A stretch of 64,000 bases of DNA from Tubiluchus corallicola (Eukaryota; Animalia; Priapulida): NCBI GenBank assembly GCA_030141605.1, contig JAQGDQ010000424.1:62001-126000 (forward strand). Reading direction: 5' to 3'. The notes under the pieces were generated by a model. The model was not told the origin of the DNA, did not search any database, and saw nothing but the letters and a program-made list of their open reading frames with translations. Positions 51,301 through 60,300 of the stretch are shown here, in pieces. How positions within the stretch are numbered: the first letter of the stretch is position 1; each line of letters begins with the position of its first letter. The position numbers and the translations under genes are program-made.

Positions 51301-54300
51301 CTTACGTTGCATACTGTTAGCTTACACAATTATGAGTATAAGTCGTAGGTAGTTAGAACACCTGAAAAAATGTTATTTTTTATTCTTTTCTAGGTTTTTC
51401 TGGGTAGTTACATAATTGATTTTTCAACTAAACTTAGTTCATCTTTCTTTTTGCACGTTTTGAATTGTATAAGCCTTTTAATGAAGTAGATTTTTATACT
51501 AAAACAATTCTGCCCATTTTATCTTTGTGCTAGGTTCTCGTTTTGACAAACTTGATAAAATCTTATGCGTAAATCAATCTGTTTTTATTAGCTGGGTTAT
51601 TTTTTGTATTTATATTATTAATTAAATAGTGGTCTGTAGTTTTAATTGATAACTTTATTTATTTGTTGTCATCTGATGAAGCGTTCTCGTAAGTTAAGAC
51701 CAATAAATGAAGTGTACTTTGTCTTGGGTCAGTACGATAATAAAAATTTGGCTGGTAACGTTAACACATTCGTCCTCGTCTCGTTGCGTTTGCACGAATA
51801 CGTCTCCGTTTTCTATACTTCCTTGTGTAAGATTGATTAGCAGTCAAACTTACTAAGTTTAACTGATAATTACAGTTAGTATGTTTTAATACTTAAAAAT
51901 TTTTAGTATTTGAAGCCAGATTTCAAGCATGCTTTTCACGTATTAGCATGTTCATTTCTTGTATTGAGTTTTCCTTTTTATGGATATTTGTCTTATCATT
52001 GCTGTAAATGTTTTTTTTCAAATTTTGTTTGAAACTTTGTGCTTTTCTGACACAGTGTTGCGTGTGAGATGATTCCGCTTGTTCAGAACTTTCAGTTCTT
52101 TTATGTTTACCGTTAGGTACTTATGTTTTATAGCTTGCAAAGTTTGTAAAATATAAGCAAGAAATTTTATTATGTAACAATCGATGTGTCTTTGTCACTT
52201 TAAGTTAACATGTTTCTAAATTAACTATTTCGCAGCTAGTAGACCAGCTGCAACTGTTGCTATTCTAGATCTGTCTAATTTGGTTCATTTTTAGCATTGT
52301 CACGTTGTATAATTGTAGCCTGGCGTGGTACTTACCTAACAAGATGCAGTTACAACTTTACAATATTCGTAATTGTCGTCATTGTCCTCTTACATAAACT
52401 CCAAAATTTGCAGTCATTACCCGCTACATTTTTTGTAAGAATTTAATTTACAAAATTGATCATTTCGTTCGCTTTTCTCTGCGAAAACCAAATTTTGTCA
52501 GTGTCCAAAAGCGAGAAGGTCTGACTTAAGTAGAGGCGCCTCTTTGTAAACAGTTGTTAATGGGCCAAGGACTGTGTTGACGTTTGAGTTCAAATTTCTT
52601 GTGCTTGGTCTGATCAGTATAGCAGGCGTCTTTCAATCAGTGTTGAAATCAATTGTATTTTGGTGAAAGTAAAATGGTTGCTTGGAAATCTTGCTGCTTT
52701 ATAAATGATTCTGTTAATAAATAAATTTATTCATAAAAAAGAAATCTTAGTCTCAAAGTGAATAAGACAATGGCGGAACTCTTCTTGTACATTTACATGT
52801 ATTAATGAAGTTTTACATCGTGTCATTCAATTTTATTGATTTTTTTAGAACTTTAGATCAATTGTCTATAAAAACTCCTGCATTTGTACATTTTTCATCT
52901 CAAGTTTTGATAGGTCACAATCGTGTTGCAACCTGGTTTTTGAAATGATAGAATTATAATTTATTCTTTAGCTTTTTATGTAATTTTTTGTGTCCTGTTT
53001 TAGACAGCAAAGAGTTCAGAGAGCGGGGATTTGACCAGCGTCTTTCCGGTGCTTTCCGAAGATCAGACAGTACGCAAAGTAACCCGGAGGGTAAACGAGT
53101 GGGTCCTCCGCGTCCGCCGCCGCCCCGTACTCAGTTATCATCGCATCCGGATCCGCTTCCGTCTGCGGAACCTATAGCCAGGTAAAGTGGCGAGCTACTG
53201 CGGCTCTTTTGGCAAATGTGAATGGGGTTAGAGATTACAGCTGAGCAATTACTGTGCTGTTGAACACAGAAGTGTCAATCGATTGAATAGATTGTAGAAA
53301 TGAACGGCCAGAGAGTAAATTAATGTTGCGGAAGATAAATTCGACCAACGAAGCCACATTTCGAGCCAGAGGTTCTACATTTAAAGGACAAGAAAAGGCC
53401 TAGTTAAAGCAAGTCTCAGAAAATTTTCGCTAAAGAATTATAACGGTTAGAGGCAATCTTAAGCGTTTATCATACTCACGTTAAAAGAATTTCCTGTTTG
53501 TTTTCATTTTAAATACTCCCGCGAGACTGTCACGGCGGCGCCATATTAGATGGCGTCACAGAACCACAACACAAATCTTTATAGTACACGTGCTCAGAAC
53601 TCACTGCGACTGTGTTCGAGTGATGTCATGCCACGTGATCAGTCACATGCTGGCTTTTCAATTGGCGGACTAAATGAAACATGTCTGCACCAACGTTTAC
53701 TGCAGCAGTTGAAATATTTTGCAAAAATTCGAGTAAATGCGAAAACGTGAGTACTTTACTCACTTAAAATTATACTTAGGTGATATAATTTTTTATTTCG
53801 AATTTTCTAAGGCCTACTTTGGTTGGCCATTTTCTTGTCCTTTAAAAAACGGTTGTGTTTTTGTGCTTTTGAAGCCGTTCTGGGAATTTTTAATTTAAAT
53901 TATAGTAAGTCCTCGCTTAGCGACGTTAATGGCTTCCAAGAAAATGCGACGTTAAGCGAAACGGAAGCCAAGACTTCCATACTGAGAATAATATAAAAGA
54001 ATTGACATGCATTCCAGAAGCAAAAGTCAATACTGCTTAGATCATATAAGTTAAACATTCTATGAATTTTATTCGTATTTCTACTGATTAATGTCTTCCT
54101 GTTTGCCTGAAGCCACTTATTAGCTATAGTGGTTTCTCTTTCCTTAATGTTTAATCCTAGTCAGTGGTTGAACAATAAACACTGCAGAGTCAAAGCCCCC
54201 TTGGGCGACCTTGGAAATTTTACCTACTTACTTAATCTGGTTGCTACAGCAGTAGGTTGCAGACAGAATTGCTCGCTGGTCACTTGATACTTGATACAAA

Positions 54301-57300
54301 CTGCTAGTAATACAGTAGCAGCATCAGTGGTCAGTCGGGAAGCAAAAACATGTACAATAATTACACTGTTTACATTACTAGTGCATTTTTAGATGAGAAT
54401 AACCCAGTATGGTCTGTTTTAATGCATCAAATTAGGTAAAAATTTTGTTAAAAATCAGCCTTGAGCAAAGTTAAAAAATCATTGTTAAAGCCAAACGTGC
54501 ATCATTAAGTGAAAAAAGTTATCAAATGACCGGTATCGTTAAAACGAAACGTTGCTCAACGGGGATGACTTACTGTATTCTTTACTGATTTTAGAACAAA
54601 CAGCATTTTCTGAATTAAGGAGACAATACTTTTTTAGTGAACACGTGTGAAAGAAGTGTTTTTTTCACCTGTATTCTGTTCATCCTGATTCGTGTTTTTA
54701 CAGGAACTTGGCAACGTTGCATCTGCACAACACCACCGCCGAGGCTCTACGCGCTGAGGGTGACGAAAAGAACGCAGCGCTCCTGGAAATGATTGCAGCT
54801 AAACGTGCAGCTTTGTTGCATAAATCTGAATCTCAGGTAAACAAGAAGCTGATTTATGATCTGAATGTTGAAGAGGCTGATTTATGATCTGAATGTTGCA
54901 GAGGCTGATTTATAATAGTGTATATTAATTTCGGTGTATATATAATTATATTAATAACGATTCATCATTACACGATATCTGGATGATTTGTTACTTGATT
55001 TCATTGTAATTTGATTATGGGTGCCACAAACGGCTCGTTAAAAAGTTAATGGCAGTTAACTTTGAAGCGGGTTTCTCTGGGGAAGTATTGTTTGAGATGT
55101 GCAATAGAACTCTGAATACGGAGTGTGTGTAAAATTCATAACAAGCTTAGTCTCTGAAACTAAAGACTTTCGGTTGGCATTTAGTCAGCATATTGTCATG
55201 CATGTGTTTCCTGTAGGCTAGTTACAGACTTGCTTACTTCAAACATCTCACTGAATGAAAAAAGAGCCAAAATTCCTGCACTGCTTATCGAGTCCTGCTG
55301 CTGTTGCCTAGTAATTGTGGAAGGACAGGAATCTATACATGAAATTTAAATTTTTAAAAATCATCCGTTAAGATGAGCTGCTGAACTTGCAGTGGCATCC
55401 CAGCTGTTGTAAGATGTGCATACATCTTCTCTCGGTGAAGTAGAACAAGCTTTAGACAGAGCAGAGATGCAATTTTGCCCCATCCATTTGCTAACCGGGT
55501 CTGACGTTGTCTAACTCTGCACGCAAATCTTCACCGGAGCACAAAGTTATTTTCTCCATCATAGATTAATGTATTACTGTAGTTTTTTACTGTAATACTT
55601 TTGATTGTTGTCCGGAATGTGCAGCGCTAAATTTAAACGATTCGTTCTTTTGCCGGTGATACAAGAAACACGAGCAGAATGAATCATTTTTCTCTAATTC
55701 TGAATTTCCTGTCTCGTGCATCAACTGTTTTTACCGATTTAGCTGTCTGAAGCGAGTACGTTAGTGAGTCACAGTTCAGAGATGGCTTCTAGTCCATGTG
55801 AGAGCGAGCGTGCAAAGATCTACTCCCACTGTATACGTCCCATACCGTCGGACAGCAGTCTGTCAGAGGTAACTGTATTTTTTCCTCAATTTCATTGTAA
55901 TCATAATCTCATTAGATGGAGGTTGCACCCCATTGGCATAGCAAGTGCTTGTCGCGCTTTTTGGTAACGCAGTCTAGTGGTAACACGTTCGGTTTCCGCT
56001 TGGGAGATCGTGAGTTCGATACAGTGGCCGGGTAATACCAAAGACTTTAAAAATGGTACCTGCTGTTGCCCTGCCTGACACATGGTATTTAGGGTAATTG
56101 ATTCACATAAGTCCGCATAATTGACTCGATATTTTACTTTACATACTTAAAATAAGACATTTGTATGTACCCAAAGAGCTTTTATTGCTTTTATGTCATC
56201 GTTACATCTATTCTATGCACTATTACATACGTGGAAACAGTCATGTTACGTACAGCTTTGTAAGCAGGTGCAATACGTTTATCGTATGCACTAATATGTT
56301 AGCCTAGCGGTTTCGCTTTGAATCTGTCACCCCCTTGTCCACTGCAATTAATCTTGTTGTTTCTGGAAGCTAAACATTTAATCACTTGCTCGGTGGTTTG
56401 CTTTTAAAGCTCCTGCTGCTTTTCACAAGGTCGCAGCTCAAGCGCTAAGTGACCAGGTGTTTTGCTTGAATATGTGCAGCGCACAGTAACCGATTTTCAA
56501 CATTTTTATCATTATGAGAATTTCATAATCCAATTTCTTCGTGAACAAATGAAGCAACTGACCTTGCACGAATTTTTGTAATTTTTAATGGGTTATAATC
56601 AGATTTTTGGGATTTTTTTTTATTAATTTGCTTATATAAATTATGTTTCTTAAATAATTGCGCATAGGTATTTTTGACATTAATTCGTTTCTAAAATTCA
56701 TTTAAAGCCTTTGCAATGCATACTAAGCTGATGAATCATATTTCTATACCAGCAATACTACACCCATCGGTTAATAGGTTCAGTCGGTTAATTGGGTCAA
56801 AACTCTTCTGTCCCAAAGTGAGTCTATTAAGCGGCGCCTACTGTACTGCCGTGTTTTCAGTTAAAGGCGTCCATTTATAGTGGCAATAGAAGCTGATGAA
56901 AATGCACCTTTGTCAGTTTGTTATTACTGCCATTGTCAGGTGTTTTTACTACCTTATTTTTCAGTTTTGATAAACAGTTGAATTATCTGATTTGTAATTC
57001 ATGAAATATTTTAAGATTTTATTTTGAAAGTTTCTGTCTAGCGGACTTTAATAACAGGCAGATTTCGTGGTATTTTCTAGGCGGGCACCCATTCTCCCAT
57101 ACCGGGACAGGTTCCTCGGAAGAGGACGACGTCTGTGTTCAGTACAAAGAGTAATCAAAGTGCTGGTTTTCGGTTTAATGCGGGTGGAATGATTGCAACT
57201 TCACCTAGTCCTGATACAGGTAGACATTACCTGTTTGAAGGTATGGTAGGTAAGTGACTTGATGTATTGGAACTGGGTTAATGGTCCTGTGTTCGTGTTT

Positions 57301-60300
57301 GTCACTGTTTCATACACATTTGTTACTTTTTTGACTAGTAGTTCTGGCTCCTATGGATAAAAGGAATCATTCATTTTTTCAAGAAATCACTGCATTAAGC
57401 AGTAGTTAGTTGCCATGCTTGTTCAAGTTTTGGGGCTTAACTGGATGCTCCGCATTTTGCCTTCACGGCTAAGTTCTTGTTTTGGCTGCTCTGCTTTACT
57501 GCCGTAACCAAATAGTGGAGTGATACTTCTTCATAGCTAGAATGCCTGTATTTGTAGACATGTGTAAGGTCCAGTTAAGCCTGGAAATCTGGTGTAGCAT
57601 GGTAACTGCCGATGGCTATTTTCCTTAATACATTGATTTCTCAGTTAGTGTACATGCTTTTTCACTCATTTATTTTTTACTTTGAGTGCATTAATTAGTC
57701 CCATTCCTAGCAAAATACAAGATTTATCATTTTTAGTTCTGAAAAAAATGACGTGGACTTGAACAAAGAAGTAATTTCAAATTGTCAGTAAATTTCAATG
57801 AAAGATCCTGAGTTTGATCCAGAAATTAAAATGTATTAATTTTATTACTTCTTAATGAAAAAGTTTCCACAATTCGGTGCGCTAAAAACCGCTAAGCGTG
57901 GCTCTTAACGGATGACACCGCTTTCTTCAGTTTCAGACTTTGGCTTTAAGTGGTGTAAAATTTTCAAAAATAATCATAAGTTCAAACTAATACATTCTCG
58001 TGGAAGCAGTAATTTTGCTTTTTCTGTTTCCAAGCTCAGATCTTTGTCACGAAGAGCCATCTACTGGATTTAAACATAACTTCAATGTGCTGTTGCAAAA
58101 TCCATAGCAACCAATATCTGTGCGATTGCTAAGTGTTTTTGTAGAAACGTAACAAAAAACAATGGCTGATTTTCTCAAGATTATGTTTTTCAGTGCATAG
58201 CCTGCAGCTTATCTCAGCTTAGAAATAACATAGAATGAAGAACTTGGTATCAAAATGATCCTCATGAAATGAAAATTCAGGATACGTGAATAACTAGAAA
58301 AACTCAATAGCCGACTTACGGACGATTTTGCTGACAAGCACACAAATCATATTACTAGTTAAAAAAATCAAAATAATTATTATATTTTTGTTAGTATCCC
58401 CTATCTTATATGTCCTTCTGCTTCCCCTAAGATTGCTTTTTGAGATCAGGTCTGACAACTTCTCCCCTTTCTTCCCATCACAGTTTTTTAAAGGAGCCGT
58501 CCCAATAACACCTTTACTTGTTGTACAGATAAAGATCGCTCCGCTCTGTGGGACCAACAGCAGTTCTGGGAGGACGTGTTCTACGACGCCGTGGCGCAAG
58601 AACGGGACATCGTGGGGATGGACCAGGGTCCGGCGGAGATGATGGATCGCTACACGTCGCTGAGCGCCATCGATCAGAAGCGACTGGAACTGGACGAGGA
58701 TAAGCTGCTCTCGCGGATGCTGTACAACATGACGGCGTTCATGGTGATGATGAACGCGCGAAGGGCTGAAATCAAGAAGAAGCTGAGGCGGTTGCTAGGT
58801 CGGAGCCACATCGGGTTGAACCTTAGCGCAGAGGTCAACGACTTGCTAGATAATGTTACTAACCTGGTAAGTGTTAAGATTCGTCTAGTATTGTCTCTAG
58901 TATAATTTAGTTGTGTGTGGGGGTGAGCATCGAATGTTCGAATTCGATTCGAACAAGTTTTTTAAGTTCGAATTTGATTCGAATCTAAAACTATAGATTC
59001 GCATAATTTAGCACTTCAGTCACATATGTTCTTTATTATTAAAACGTTTGAAACTTCACGCAATTAGCATAATTTAGCTGTGATTTCTGTGCACAATTTT
59101 AAACAAATTATCAGTGGTTTTACTGCAGAACAAAATCGAGTAATATGCACGACCTTTGTAAGACTAATTTTTACTGGTGCTTCGAAAACTTGTTCGAAAA
59201 TCATTCAATCTCAATTCGAATTCGATTTTAAAGTCTGTTTGATTCGAATTTGAAAGTCTCGAATTCGATTCGATTCGAATTTGCTTTCTGGTAAAAATTG
59301 CTCATCCCTAGTTGTGTGTTACATTCATTTCCAAATTTGTGTCATGATTAGGCATTCTCGTAGTTTGTAACTTATACCTGATAGCAAAATTAAAATTTAA
59401 TCAGTTAGAGGAAATAAATGATTATTCCTTTATCATAATCATTTATTATTATACGAGTTACGGTTATTTCTGACTACTTTGCCGTTGTTTAATCATGGCC
59501 GTTTTAATGTCAGAGGTTGTTTAATGCATTAATCTTTTTCGAATAAAGTTGTTAATAAAGATGTGGTACTGATGTAGTCGATAAGAGGCGAATAAAATGA
59601 CGCAATGGAAACTGAACAAAAGTTACAAAAAATAATCAAGTTCGTGGCGATATTAAAACATGTTCAGATTAGCGAGACATCACCTGATCAAAAGACATTC
59701 GTACTGGCTAACATTCGAAAGTCCAAACCAGCAGTGCAAAATGTTTATGAATGGTGGTGTGCACCTTTCATTCAGCTCCAGTCTGTGTAAGTGTGAATTT
59801 GCATGTTTCCTTAGTGCGAACAGGCTTACTAGGCTCCTTTGTGCAGTTCAATCATGTAGAATGAGAGATATATTTTGAACTTTGACCTCAGATATCGCAT
59901 TACATACACAAAGCCGTGCGGAGACAAAGATGTCAGCGATGAAATCAACTAAGAAGTTGTATTCCATTGTCTGTCGTATTAGAAATGAATTTTTAGTTTT
60001 GTCACAATGGATATAATGAAGTAAAGTAAAAGTAAAGTAAAAAAATTTTGTTTGTCTCCGAATGTTACAAAATAAACATAAACAAAAGGTAAAAACTAAA
60101 ATAAAGACGGAAAAGAGACGGGGTGGCGAAAAGACCAAGGGTCACCAAGTCAACCACCCCTATCCAAACTGAAGAAAATTATGTGACCTGTCAAGTAAGG
60201 TATGTACAAATGAAAATAATCAGCAAAAAAATGCAGCAACAAGTTCAAATGAGTTTAAATTTAGAAACAGTAAATAAGTTTGGCTATGAGAAGAGGCAAA

